A DNA stretch of 63,332 nt, the filler included, from Octopus bimaculoides (lineage: Eukaryota), in assembly GCF_001194135.2 (NCBI RefSeq). It is 5 parts of 4 records of this genome, joined end to end, with 100 filler letters (N's around TTAATTAATTAA, not from the genome) between each part and the next. Parts side by side here need not be neighbours in the genome. Positions count along the whole stretch, not along the records: positions 1 to 28,294 come from NC_068996.1; 4 more parts are not named here. One strand, 5' to 3'. The translations under genes and the position numbers were made by a program. The notes under the pieces are model-generated. The model was not told the origin of the DNA. It saw only the letters and a program-made list of their open reading frames with translations, and did no database searches. This document shows, one piece after another, positions 1 to 10,943 of the stretch (position 1 is the stretch's first letter; every line of letters starts with the position of its first letter).

Positions 1-73
1 CTGTAATGCTGTATTTGTACAGTATTTTTGTTTTCTTCTTGTTACTTAGTTGTGTTGATTGTCTACTAATTTC

Positions 74-125
<52 letters not shown>

Positions 126-140
126 GTAGTAGTAGTAGTA
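74..140. repeat. (ATT)n/(AGT)n microsatellite, tail of adjacent R4 LINE
   Basis: Direct reading. Confidence 0.95.
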
Positions 141-142
141 TT

Positions 143-392
143 TTCAAGTCAGGTTGTGCTGGAGCTATCTGTTCATTTCAACTACCTATTGCTTTCCTGA
201 TTATTCTATCCGTGCCAAGGAGGCAAACATTTTGTAACAGTTCTGCTGGGCATTCTATTCCGATTTCCTTTATATTCCTCTTGATGACTTCTGATATTGT
301 CCCTAAGATCCCAAAAGTAACTGGTACTATCTTCACCTTTTTCCTTTTCCATAGCCGAGCTATTTCATGTTGAAGAGGATCGTATATACATT
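143..392 (-). mobile_element. R4/Dong-clade non-LTR retrotransposon, RLE C-terminus and 3' end
   Basis: Minus strand reads YDPLQHEIARLWKRKKVKIVPVTFGILGTISEVIKRNIKEIGIECPAELLQNVCLLGTDRIIRKAI. This matches the KY..L..E..R.W...IVP...G.LG...LQK.CLLGT..I.RK pattern of R4-clade RLE domains. It ends at a (TAA)n tract. Confidence 0.8.
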
Positions 393-540
393 AATTACAT
401 TATTTACATTTGACGGATATTTGTCCTCATCTTGTGTGATGCTAGCACAACGTTTCAGCTGATATACTCTCCTGCTTTCTTCAGGTGTCCTAGGGAAATT
501 TCGAAACTGGGTTCTCATTCCTAAGGTATTTTTCGATGTT
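393..540 (-). mobile_element. Short Penelope-like terminal repeat fragment (HHR family 1)
   Basis: Reverse complement aligns over ~140 bp with 52150-52300 (aaaaatacctta.gaatgagaacccag.ttcgaaatt...gacacctga.gaa...caagatgaggacaaatatc.gtcaaatgtaaataatgta). Confidence 0.75.
445..489 (-). ncRNA. Minimal type I hammerhead ribozyme fold (family 1)
   Basis: Minus strand GACAC-CUGAAGA-A-AGCAGG(agaguaua)UCAGCU-GAAA-CGU-U-GUGC. Core is intact, stem III is the palindrome ACGU, the cleavage triplet is GUU, stem I has 3 bp, and stem II has one mismatch. Confidence 0.7.
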
Positions 541-541
541 G

Positions 542-608
<67 letters not shown>

Positions 609-610
609 CA

Positions 611-665
<55 letters not shown>
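541..665. repeat. (ATT)n microsatellite
   Basis: Direct reading. Confidence 0.97.
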
Positions 666-666
<1 letters not shown>

Positions 667-1282
667 GTTCAGTAGTTTTATTTNNNNNNNNNNNNNNNNN
701 NNNNNNNNNNNNNNNNNNNNNNNNNNNNNNNNNNNNNNNNNNNNNNNNNNNNNNNNNNNNNNNNNNNNNNNNNNNNNNNNNNNNNNNNNNNNNNNNNNNN
801 NNNNNNNNNNNNNNNNNNNNNNNNNNNNNNNNNNNNNNNNNNNNNNNNNNNNNNNNNNNNNNNNNNNNNNNNNNNNNNNNNNNNNNNNNNNNNNNNNNNN
901 NNNNNNNNNNNNNNNNNNNNNNNNNNNNNNNNNNNNNNNNNNNNNNNNNNNNNNNNNNNNNNNNNNNNNNNNNNNNNNNNNNNNNNNNNNNNNNNNNNNC
1001 CAGGTCTTTGTATTTTGAAAGTTTTTCCATTTTTTTAGGGAAACGTTGTCATCTGCTGGTATTGATACATCAATTAGAAAGCATTTTTTTTCTTCATGAT
1101 CTTTGACAACTATATCTGGTCTATTTGCCTTAATTTCTCTTGGGACCTATATACACTGGAAGTTATGCCAACACTATGGAATAACAACAGAAAAAAGATG
1201 GTATAAACATACGCCAGAAAAGGTCACAGAAAACGAGAAAGCAACCATACTCTGGGATATGCCAATACACACAAACAGAGAA

Positions 1283-1286
<4 letters not shown>
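666..1286 (-). mobile_element. R4/Dong-clade LINE 3' fragment with inverted 5' segment (middle in N gap)
   Basis: 1140-1000 minus reads REIKANRPDIVVKDHEEKKCFLIDVSIPADDNVSLKKMEKLSKYKDL (RLE PD..D motif). 1141-1286 plus reads the preceding GTYIHWKLCQHYGITTEKRWYKHTPEKVTENEKATILWDMPIHTNRE. The 3' terminus aaataaaactactgaa matches the copy at 56824-56839. Confidence 0.88.

Positions 1287-1333
<47 letters not shown>
1286..1333. repeat. (ATT)n microsatellite between two R4 copies
   Basis: Direct reading. Confidence 0.97.
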
Positions 1334-1336
<3 letters not shown>

Positions 1337-1750
1337 TTTTACTTTTAATCTGCATATGTGTTACAATCATTCGCCGAGACTCACCCAGCGTCCTGGGACG
1401 ACTGAAGGATAAGAGATGTTACAGTTTGAAAGCTTAGGGAGGGAAAGCGGCAGAGGCAGTGGTGAAATATCTTCATGTAATACAACACAGACATTTAAAT
1501 GGATACGGTTTTTCTAAGGATGTGGCCAGTACTTGTCAACACAATCTTTTGGATTCTTCTGAGACATGGTTCACCTGAGATCTTATCTAGATTTTTCTGA
1601 CATCCCTTTTTTTATCATACCTATGGCACCTACAGTAACAGGAACAGTCCTCGCTTCAAGATGCATGTCACGTCTTTTGTATTTCAATTTTCAGGTCCTT
1701 GTATTTACTTAATTTATCAAATTCCTTTACAGATATATTTTTACTTGTAG
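1334..1750 (-). mobile_element. R4/Dong-clade LINE (second subfamily), RLE end plus 3' UTR
   Basis: Minus strand, with a stop and frameshifts: SKNISVKEFDKLSKYKDLKIEIQKT..LEARTVPVTVGAIGMIKKG..KNLDKISGEPCL..IQKIVLTSTGHILRKTVSI*. The 3' UTR is homologous to 5170-5372. Confidence 0.82.
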
Positions 1751-2666
1751 GAAACTTGATGGAAATTCTGACCTTCTGTGTAGCAACTATTTACTTGAAG
1801 ATGGACACTGATGTATATTGGCATGAAGAGGGTTTAGCTATGGGTTCGCCATTATCACCGATAATAGCGAATATATACATGGAATACTTTGAGAATTTAG
1901 CTTTAGGATCAACACCACTAAAACTAACCCTATGACTGCGATATGTTGATGACACCTTTATACTCTGGCCCCACCAGGAAGATGTCCAAGTACTGTTAGA
2001 TCATGTGAACTCATTAAAGTCATCCATACAGTTCACAATGTAAAAGGAAAATGACAATCAGCTAGCATTCCTGAACGTATTAATAACACGCACCGAGTAT
2101 GGATCCAGGACATCCGTATACCGCAAGCTAACCTTCAATTCTCACCATCCATACAGTGCAAAAAGAGGCATTGTTCAGTGCCTAAAACATCGAGCAAAGA
2201 ATATAAGTAGCGATCGTAATACTCACCACGAAGAAATGATCAAGTTCAGTAACAATCTATTAAGCAACAACTACCCCCAAAACATACTCACCACTCCAAT
2301 TATGAAGAAAATAGAGGATGCAACCAATAAACTGTCCACAGTCTGTCTACCCTATGTGAAAGGCCTCCCCGAAAAGATACAAAAGATACTCTGCCCATAT
2401 GACATCAGGACAGTATTCAAGAGCAATACAACACTTCGCGAATATCTCCTTCGAGTAAAACCACCAATAGAAGAGAATATGACCAAAAACCTGCGTGTAC
2501 TCCATGTCATGCAGCTGTGGTAGGTTATACAAAGGTGAAACATGTCGCCCCCTCAAAATAAGGGTAGACGAACATCGTAAAGCTTTAACACGAGGAGATA
2601 TTGATAAATTGGGTTTAACTGATCGTGTATGGAAAAATAGAGACCACCTCCCCCTGTGGGATGAAG
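1751..2666 (+). mobile_element. Penelope-like element relic: RT plus GIY-YIG endonuclease (stops and a frameshift)
   Basis: Motifs EEGLAMGSPLSPIIANIYMEYFE, LRYVDDTF, LAFLNVLI, VYRKLT..SHHP, VCLPYVKGL and VYSMSCSCGRLYKGETCRPLKIRVDEH. Runs into an N gap. Confidence 0.93.
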
Positions 2667-3203
2667 NNNNNNNNNNNNNNNNNNNNNNNNNNNNNNNNNN
2701 NNNNNNNNNNNNNNNNNNNNNNNNNNNNNNNNNNNNNNNNNNNNNNNNNNNNNNNNNNNNNNNNNNNNNNNNNNNNNNNNNNNNNNNNNNNNNNNNNNNN
2801 NNNNNNNNNNNNNNNNNNNNNNNNNNNNNNNNNNNNNNNNNNNNNNNNNNNNNNNNNNNNNNNNNNNNNNNNNNNNNNNNNNNNNNNNNNNNNNNNNNNN
2901 NNNNNNNNNNNNNNNNNNNNNNNNNNNNNNNNNNNNNNNNNNNNNNNNNNNNNNNNNNNNNNNNNNNNNNNNNNNNNNNNNNNNNNNNNNNNNNNNNNNN
3001 NNNNNNNNNNNNNNNNNNNNNNNNNNNNNNNNNNNNNNNNNNNNNNNNNNNNNNNNNNNNNNNNNNNNNNNNNNNNNNNNNNNNNNNNNNNNNNNNNNNN
3101 NNNNNNNNNNNNNNNNNNNNNNNNNNNNNNNNNNNNNNNNNNNNNNNNNNNNNNNNNNNNNNNNNNNNNNNNNNNNNNNNNNNNNNNNNNNNNNNNNNNN
3201 NNN

Positions 3204-3392
3204 GAAATGCTTAGCGGTATTTCGTCTGCTGCTACGTTCTGAGTTCAAATCCCGCCGAGGTCGACTTTGCCTTTCATCCTTTCGGAGTCGATTAAATAAG
3301 TACCAGTTACGCACTGGGGTCGATATAATCGACTTAATCTGTTTGTCTGTCCTTGTTTGTCCCCTCTGTGTGTAGCCCCTTGTGGGTAGTAA
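3204..3392 (+). mobile_element. tRNA-type SINE, family B
   Basis: B-box-like GAGTTCAAATCC, then the body gccgaggtcgactttgcctttcatcctttcgg.gtcgat.aaataagtaccag, which recurs in the window. Confidence 0.8.
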
Positions 3393-3400
3393 AAAAAAAA

Positions 3401-3438
<38 letters not shown>

Positions 3439-3439
3439 G

Positions 3440-3780
3440 ATAAAGCTATTGCATACTAATTTAATTTGCAGGGATGTTATCTTGAGGTTTGTTGACAAGC
3501 CTCCTTCAATTTCAAGAAACTTCCTTAGCGTTCTTGTGGAATGCCACTTTGCACTTTTCTCAATGTGCATCTTAATTTCAGTATCTTTCAACACCTTAGT
3601 TATCAGTTTGGGTCTTGTGCCAGTTGCATTAATCACCAGAGAAATAATTGTCATCTTAGTATTCCATAATGTTTTCATCTCTCTGGCTAGGTCATTATAT
3701 TGCTCAAGTTTTTCAATTTCCTTTCAATTATCACGTGCTATTGCCAAGTCAATGATTTTACATTGTTTCTTTTGTACTTA
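3440..3780 (-). mobile_element. Diverged R4-clade LINE RLE 3' end
   Basis: Minus strand CKIIDLAIARDN*KEIEKLEQYNDLAREMKTLWNTKMTIISLVINATG...RTLRKFLEI. Followed by (TAA)n at 3401-3440. Confidence 0.72.
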
Positions 3781-4267
3781 ATAATCATATCTGCTATTCT
3801 CACTTCATTAATTTGGTTAGTTTTTATGGGGAAGTCCCATAAAATGCTATAATTTTTATTGACTATCAAAGCCTCTTTTTCATCTTCATTCCTATTTTCT
3901 GTTATTTCGAAACTTTACAATCGACTAATTACTATCCAATGCACTTTTTAACCTACACGCTCCTTTAACTTACACAACGGGCACGTATACTCTTTTTGTG
4001 ATAGCTTATTGCTAGCATAAGTGATGGTTAATGTATTCGTCTTCTTTCTATGGATATAGTCTGATATTTGTCGAGTTTTGCCTTTAACTGATTCTTCTTA
4101 ATGGCTTGTTCATGAGTGGCTATATTTAATGTTTATGCCTCTCGTTTCAGTTTTCCGTCCATCAACCAAAGTCAGTGTTGTTTATTGACATCTCTCAGTC
4201 AGTAACAACAATAACAACAACAACAAGAATACTAATACTACTACTAATAATAATCTCTCTCTCTCTC

Positions 4268-4950
4268 TTTTTCTCTTTTTACTTGTTTCAGTCATTTGAC
4301 TGCGGCCATGCTGGAGCACCACCTTTAGTCGAGAAAATCGACCCCAGGACTTATTTTTTGTAAGCCTAGTACTTATTCTATCGGTTCTCTTTTGCCGGAC
4401 CGCTAAGTTACGGGGACGTAAACACACCAGCATCGGTTGTCAAACGATGTTGTTGGGACAAACACAGACACACAAACATATACACACACATACTTATATA
4501 TATATACATATATACGACGGGCTTCTTTCAGTTTCCGTCTACCAAATCCACTCACAAGGTTTTGGTCGGCCCGAGGCTATAGTAGAAGACACTTGCCCAA
4601 GGTGCCACGCAGTGGGACTGAACCCGGAACCATGTGGNNNNNNNNNNTAAGCCTAGTACTTATTCTATCGGTTCTCTTTTGCCGGACCGCTAAGTTACGG
4701 GGACGTAAACACACCAGCATCGGTTGTCAAACGATGTTGTTGGGACAAACACAGACACACAAACATATACACACACATACTTATATATATATACATATAT
4801 ACGACGGGCTTCTTTCAGTTTCCGTCTACCAAATCCACTCACAAGGTTTTGGTCGGCCCGAGGCTATAGTAGAAGACACTTGCCCAAGGTGCCACGCAGT
4901 GGGACTGAACCCGGAACCATGTGGTTGGTAAGCAAGCAACTTACCACATA
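4268..4950 (-). mobile_element. SINE family A (tRNA-like head, internal (TA)/(TG) linker, conserved tail); assembled twice across a 10-N gap
   Basis: Head tgtggtaag..cttgcttaccaaccacatggttccgggttcagtcccactgcgtggcaccttgggcaagtgtc. Tail ggtgctccagcatggccgcagtcaaatgactgaaacaagt. 4367-4627 is repeated from 4648. Confidence 0.88.
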
Positions 4951-5169
4951 ATAATAATAATAATAATAATAATGAAAATAAGAAAAAGAAGAAGAAGAAG
5001 AAGAAGAAAAAGAAAAATATTGACCCTAACCAGTTGAGCATAATAATAATAATAATGATGATGATGATGGTGAATTCAGATTTTGCCACAAGCCCAGTAA
5101 GTTCGAGGGATGGTGTAAGTCGATTAGATCAACACCAGTAGTCAACTGGTACTTATATTATCCACTCCT

Positions 5170-5406
5170 AAGGTTGTACTGTCCACATCCTTAGAAAATC
5201 CCTATCAATTTAAATGTGTGTTGTATTACATGGAAATATTTCGCTACTGCCACTCCCACTTTCCCTCGCCAAGCTTTCAGTTATACTGTAGCATATCTTA
5301 TCCTTCACTTGTCCTAGGATGCAGGGTGTGTCTCGGCAAGTGATTGCAATAAGCATGCAGATTAAAAGTAGTTCGTAACAAATACGAAGAAGAAGAAGAA
5401 GAAGAA
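5170..5406 (+). mobile_element. R4-clade LINE 3' end (second subfamily) with (AAG)n tail
   Basis: Reverse complement aligns with 1335-1530. Ends gattaaaagtagttcgtaacaaatacg(aag)n. Confidence 0.75.
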
Positions 5407-5414
5407 ACAATAAA

Positions 5415-5656
5415 AGCTGTAAAGCAACTGAAATCCAAATACCTTTGGATAATTGAAGGAAATGGTATACAACATGTTACTACGAAGGAAAAAAATATGA
5501 AAGGAATATTACAGGAGAATAAGACTCATACTAAAAGCTCAACTCAACTCTAAAAATCTCATCGAAGCCATTTGCCATGAAGGGGCTTTTCTTGCTGTCG
5601 TTTTATCATGGTCCGTTGCTGTTCCAGTTTGAGTTTGGATTTCAGTTGCTTTACAG
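5415..5656. mobile_element. Rearranged R4 fragments, including an exact inverted copy of 6440-6576
   Basis: 5436-5572 is the reverse complement of 6440-6576. 5573-5656 minus encodes AVKQLKSKLKLEQQRTMIKRQQEKPLHG. 5415-5439 is an inverted copy of 5631-5655. Confidence 0.8.
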
Positions 5657-6324
5657 CTCTTCTTCTTCTTCTTCTTCTTCTTCTTCTTCTTCTTCTTCTT
5701 CTTCTTCTTCTTCTTCTTCTTCTTTGTTACGAACTACTTTTAATCACAACAAACCACAACACATACCCAAGGCACACAAAGCTAAAAATGCACATGATAA
5801 AAAAGCAAGTGATAAAAATGTGACTACTGATTAATAATAGAATGTAGATGATGATGGCAATGATGGTAATTGTGTTGATTTAGACACAAGTCGAGCAATC
5901 TTAAATATTATTTGACGTCACCAATGCCAGTACGTAACTCGTGCTTTATTTTATCGAACCGGAATAAGATGAAATGTAAAGTTAACCTTTACAGCTAAGA
6001 TACTTACGTGGGGTCTTGGCATCTAAAGTTACATGCTGTAATTCAATAGGAGGGCTCTTAGCATCTAAGGCTACTTGTTGTAGCCCGATATTAGGATTTT
6101 TCTTTCCCAACAGTCTAACCTTTTTAGTGTATACGAATAATAATAATAACGTGGAGGTGGAGGAGGAGAAGAAGAATAATAACAAGACTGCAAATTGGTC
6201 CTGTGCACGTGTGTATGAATGTACGTTTATGCATATATATATATATATATATATATACTAATGATGATGATGATGGAGGTGGTGTTGATAATCAGGATGA
6301 TGATAATTACTGTTGTAACTATAT

Positions 6325-8330
6325 TTCTCTCGTTCTTCGCATTCCATGTCCCTTGTCTTCCTGTCCAGGCGTTGGAGCTCTGTAAGATTCCAGTTAATAA
6401 TGATAAAACTATACTGGACTCCAAGAGTGCCAGGGTGTTAATGGCTTCGATGAGATTTTTAGAGTTGAGTTGAGCTTTTAGTATGAGTCTTATTCTCCTG
6501 TAATATTCCTTTCATATTTTTTTCCTTCGTAGTAACATGTTGTATACCATTTCCTTCAATTATCCAAAGGTATTTGTAATTTTCTTGTGAGTGAAGCTGC
6601 TTAATGGTAATGTCGGTATTTAATTTAATGGAAGCTGTTTGCCTGAGCTTACCACTTACAAAAGTTGCATTAGCACTCTTATCAGAGCTAAAATCCATTT
6701 CGATGTCATTGCTGACTTCTTTAACAGTTGTTAGCAGCCTTACTAGCTCTTCGTCATTTCTAACAAACAGCTTCAGATCTTCCATAAAAAACAGATGCTT
6801 TATTGTCGTATAGTAAACCTTGAACTCATACCTGGTGTTTAGTTCGTTTGGGAGTGAGATCAGTGTCATGCAAAAGAGTAATGGAGAGAGGGAGTCATCT
6901 TGAATGATGCCTCGTTTGATGTTGATGATGTTAGTTTAGCTCATCCCATTATTATGGTTTAGAAGGAGACATGTGTTTCACCTGACCATGCTACATTGTA
7001 AGAATTTGGAGATGGCAGGAGAGATCTTATATATTTCAAGGGCCTTGAGTAGCCAATTATGTGGGACACTATCAAGCGCTTTCCTGTAGTCTATCCATGC
7101 CATACTTAGGTTTTAGTTTTTGTTCTGGCAATTCTCCACAATCATTGTACTTATGAGTAATTGATCTTTGCACCCATAAGAATTCCTTTTACAGCCTTTT
7201 TGAGCTTGTTGAAGGATAGATCTCTGTTCAAGGAAAGCGCATATACTGCCAGTCATTATGGATGTGAACATCTTGTAGGTGGTGTTGAGACATGTTATTG
7301 GCCGGTAGTTCTTTGGAATTTTTGTGTTTTCAGTTTTTGGTAAAAGATATGTTGTTCTTTCAGTCAACCAATTTGCTCTGGGTTCTGGATGACATCAGTC
7401 AGAGATGCAGCTAAATTTTGGTGTACTTCTGTCAGACAATTTAGCTAGAAGTTAGGAATTCGGTCCAGTCCTGGGGTTTTCCACTTGTGAGGCTTCCAAA
7501 GAACATATCTTAGCTCTTCTATTCCTATTGCCTTTCATTTCTGCTCTTCAATTTCATCCAGTCTCACTTTCTCACGATCTATCCAGTCAGCTTTAACATT
7601 ATATTCTTTTTTGTTGTTCCATATCTTCTTCCAGAACTCTTACATTTCCTCAGTCTTATGTGGCTCCTTTACTTCTATCTTACATTTGCCAATTTCCCAA
7701 TAAAATTACTTTGCATCCGTCTTGAATATCTTGTTTTGTCGATAAAATTTGATTCGTTTGTCAAACCTAAGCTGTTGTATTTGTTGTTTCAATTATTTCT
7801 TGATTGAAGGGAGATTTATAAAGTTTTTGATTTTATATTTTTGCCTGATTTTTCTAGCTCGTTTCGTTTTAACATTTACTCCTCTAGCAAGTTCATCGAT
7901 AACTGTCCGCAGAGATTCCATCTCTTTTTGCATTGCTACTGTCCACTTACGAGGTCTATTGACCTGGTTGGCTCTTTTCTGCGTCGTTTTGATACCTGGT
8001 TGAGCAGTTACAACTTTAGCAGTGGAGTAGATGAGGTTATTTAAGGTTGTTAGGTTATTTCCCTTATTACGCAAGATTTGTCGAAGAGCAACATTATATA
8101 TCATGATTCCGTTGTTGTTTTATGCTGTTTCAGAACTTTGCCAGTGGTTCTCTACTGATGATATTCCCTTGACTATTTTGTTACTGAATATGATATTTTC
8201 TTGTTTTCGTGCTTTAAGACAAGTTTTAGCATCCAGTCATCTTAATTTTTCAGATAAATATTTAGACCAATTATGACAATTTTCAGTGTCAATTCAAGTT
8301 TAAGTGTGAAAGACCACCCTCTTTTCTAGC
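6325..8330 (-). mobile_element. Degenerate R4/Dong-clade LINE, pre-RT and RT region
   Basis: LLPKTENTKIPKNYRPITCLNTTYKMFT, QKGCKRNSYGCKDQLLI, SMAWIDYRKALDSVPHNW, IKRGIIQDDSLSPLLF, HLFFMEDLKLF (YMDD site decayed). Several frameshifts and stops. Confidence 0.92.
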
Positions 8331-8459
8331 AATTAAAGTCGTTCTACATCTGCCTGAGGGCAGTGCATTCTATTCATTTCATTTCATTTCAAAGTTTCAG
8401 CTCAGAGCTGCGGCCATGCTGATGCACCGAATTTTTTCTACCCAGCTTACAAATTTTAG

Positions 8460-8845
8460 TATTTGACTAGTTAATAATATTGAAACGGTATGGCTAAAGT
8501 ACTGATCGTTTCAATCTTGATTCTTGCATTTAGCTCTGCCTTGAGTATTGCCTTTACTCTGCAATAACATTCTCTTATTATCTTTTCCCTGATCGTTGAA
8601 CGTTTTATTCCATCACCTGAATATTTGTAACCCTACTCGGCGTCTAACTCCTTTATAACAGTCTGTTGGTAAAGTTCGACGCTAAATGTTTCTACCAGTT
8701 TCTCTCTCATAAAGGTGGCTTTTGCACATTTGTCGAGGCCGAATTTCATCCTGGTGTCATCACTAAAATGTTTTACAACTGTTAATAAGCCATGTAGTTA
8801 TTGATCATTTTTTTCCAAAAAGCTTTGAGTCATTCACGGAAAAAA
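8460..8845 (-). mobile_element. Old R4-clade RT C-terminal fragment
   Basis: Minus strand VNDSKLFGKN..LHGLLTVVKHFSDDTRMKFGLDKCAKATF..GYKY..IREKIIRECYCRVKAILKAELNA. Confidence 0.78.
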
Positions 8846-9163
8846 GATGTATGTATGTATGTATGTATGATATATGTACTTGCATGCATATGTATGTATA
8901 TAGATTAACACTATAAACATATATTAAATCGCTAGTTTGACGGGGCGAATTCCTTCGAAGCAGTTTGCCAAGATCGTTTCGTTTCAGATCGTTTCACTTC
9001 ATTAATTTACACACATACATATCCATACATACACTCATGCATGTCACGCACACATTGTTCTTCATTAAGCAATTTGAAAAGAGGTGTTAAGGCTAGACAA
9101 AAGACGAGTTGTGATAGAGAGTCACCCTTGAAAATGCCACATGAAATTTAAACATTCAAAACT

Positions 9164-9480
9164 TCATTTCTGAATCCACCTATGTGGTAGACTATCAAAT
9201 GCTTTTTTATAATCTAGCCAGGTTATTGATAAGTTCTTGTACAGTTTGTAACAATCTTCCAAAATCATTTCATTGATTAGAAGATGATCTTTGCAACCAA
9301 AGGACCCATGTTTACAGCCCGTTTTCTCATTAGAGATGCTGTTTTCTGTTAAGAAGTTACATGCACGTTCAATGAAGACAGCTGTTAATATATTATACCA
9401 GATTGTTAAGCGGGTTATAGGTCTATAGTTTTTCGGTTCATTTGTTTCTTCAATGTTTGGAAGTAACAATGTAACACCAT
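9164..9480 (-). mobile_element. Old R4-clade RT N-terminal fragment
   Basis: LLPNIEETNEPKNYRPIT..KTGCKHGSFGCKDHLLINEMILED..NLSITWLDYKKAFDSLPHRWI. Confidence 0.88.
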
Positions 9481-9611
9481 TAACTATCCGAGAGGGCCTA
9501 ATATTAGGTTACTGGAATACATTGCTTTAGAGTTTAGTCAGTAGTTCATGACTTCCTGAAAAAGCATTCAACCAAAAGTAAGGAACTATATATATCCTTT
9601 CCTGGAGACTT

Positions 9612-9950
9612 TCATTTACTCTTTTACTCTTTTACTTGTTTCAGTCATTTGACTGGGGCCTTGTTGGAGCATCACCTTTAGTCGAACGAATCGACCCCAG
9701 GACTTATTCTTTGTAAGCCTAGTATTTATTCTATCGGTTTCTTTTGCCAAACGGCTAGGTTACGGGACGTAAACACACCAGCATCGGTTGTCAAGCGATG
9801 TTGGGTGGACAAACGCCAGTTTCTTTTCAGTTTGGTCGGTCCGAGGCTATAGTAGAAGACACTTGCCCAAGGTGCCACGCAGTGGGACTGAACCCAGAAC
9901 CATGCGGTTGGTAAGCAAGGTACTTACCACACAGCCACTCCTACGCCATT
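9612..9950 (-). mobile_element. SINE family A, lacking the internal microsatellite linker
   Basis: Same head and tail modules as 4268-4950. Confidence 0.85.
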
Positions 9951-9959
9951 TGCTTGATT

Positions 9960-10480
9960 TTCTGAGAGATCTTACATCCTCAGCATTGATCCCCGCCCAC
10001 TTTTACTCTTCTATTAATAATCTATTCATTCAAGGAGCATTTTTTATTATGTGTTCTTTCCTCTGCCCAAATTTTACTAAAAAAAATTCCTTCAGTTCTT
10101 TTAATGGGACAAATTTCACTGTAAATGATGTTTCTTCTATTTTTATAATTTAATTTTTTTTTTTTTTGGTGGTTGTGGGATATTTTGAATATGTTGATGT
10201 CCTTGAAGAACGTAGCGCACCTTAGATAACTAACTATGCGGGTAGCTTTAGCAGACACCTTTTGCTTGATATTTTCTATAATGGTATCGATGTCGAGTAT
10301 TGATTTCAAATAAATTTTCTATAATTTTCCTAGTTTAGTTGGTTTGTTATTTTTGTCAGACTTAAAGTTTTTTAAACATTCTATGTCAGATCTTAGTGAG
10401 TGAATTTGTTGATGAATTCATTCTTGTCAAGTAGGCTTTTTGTGGAAATGCTTTCGTTTTTTAACTTTTTCAATGCATAG
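9960..10480 (-). mobile_element. Old R4-clade pre-RT fragment; probably the same copy as 9164-9480 and 8460-8845
   Basis: KSILDIDTIIENIKQKVSAKATRIVSY resembles the pre-RT region at 7600-7900. The three fragments are colinear on the minus strand. Confidence 0.6.
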
Positions 10481-10597
10481 ATTGTGATCTTAGGAGATGC
10501 ATAATGAAGATGGCTGAGTTTTGTAACATCAACATCATTAACTGAAATTCTGTGCGTAAGGGCCATGTGGATTTTACAATTTTGGTTTTGGTCAGAG

Positions 10598-10703
10598 TTG
10601 CTGGCGGAATGCTTAGCGGAATTTCGTCTGCCGCTGCGTTCTGAGTTCAAATTCCGCCGAGGTGGACTTTAGCTTTCTTCCTTTGCCTTTCATCCTTTCG
10701 AGG
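10598..10703 (+). mobile_element. SINE family B, 5' part
   Basis: gaatgcttagcgg..ttcgtctgccgc..cgttctgagttcaaattccgccgagg. Confidence 0.8.
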
Positions 10704-10885
10704 TTCGTCTCCCATGCCTTCTTATTTATGCCGAGGGCTTGTATGCTCCTTTATTAGACTATTTTCCCTAGTCAATGCACGGTGATCATCATAAGCTTTA
10801 AGCTTATATAAAAATACCGTTATTATTATTTTCTGGATTGTAAATCACTGCGCGCTGTAATAAAAAACACCAGTCGCACCGAAAG

Positions 10886-10933
<48 letters not shown>

Positions 10934-10943
<10 letters not shown>

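Noticed and set aside
4367-4950. Tandem SINE duplication; similar duplicates at 16090-16700 and 32850-32960
   Set aside because: Identical sequence on both sides of a 10-N gap points to unmerged contig overlaps.
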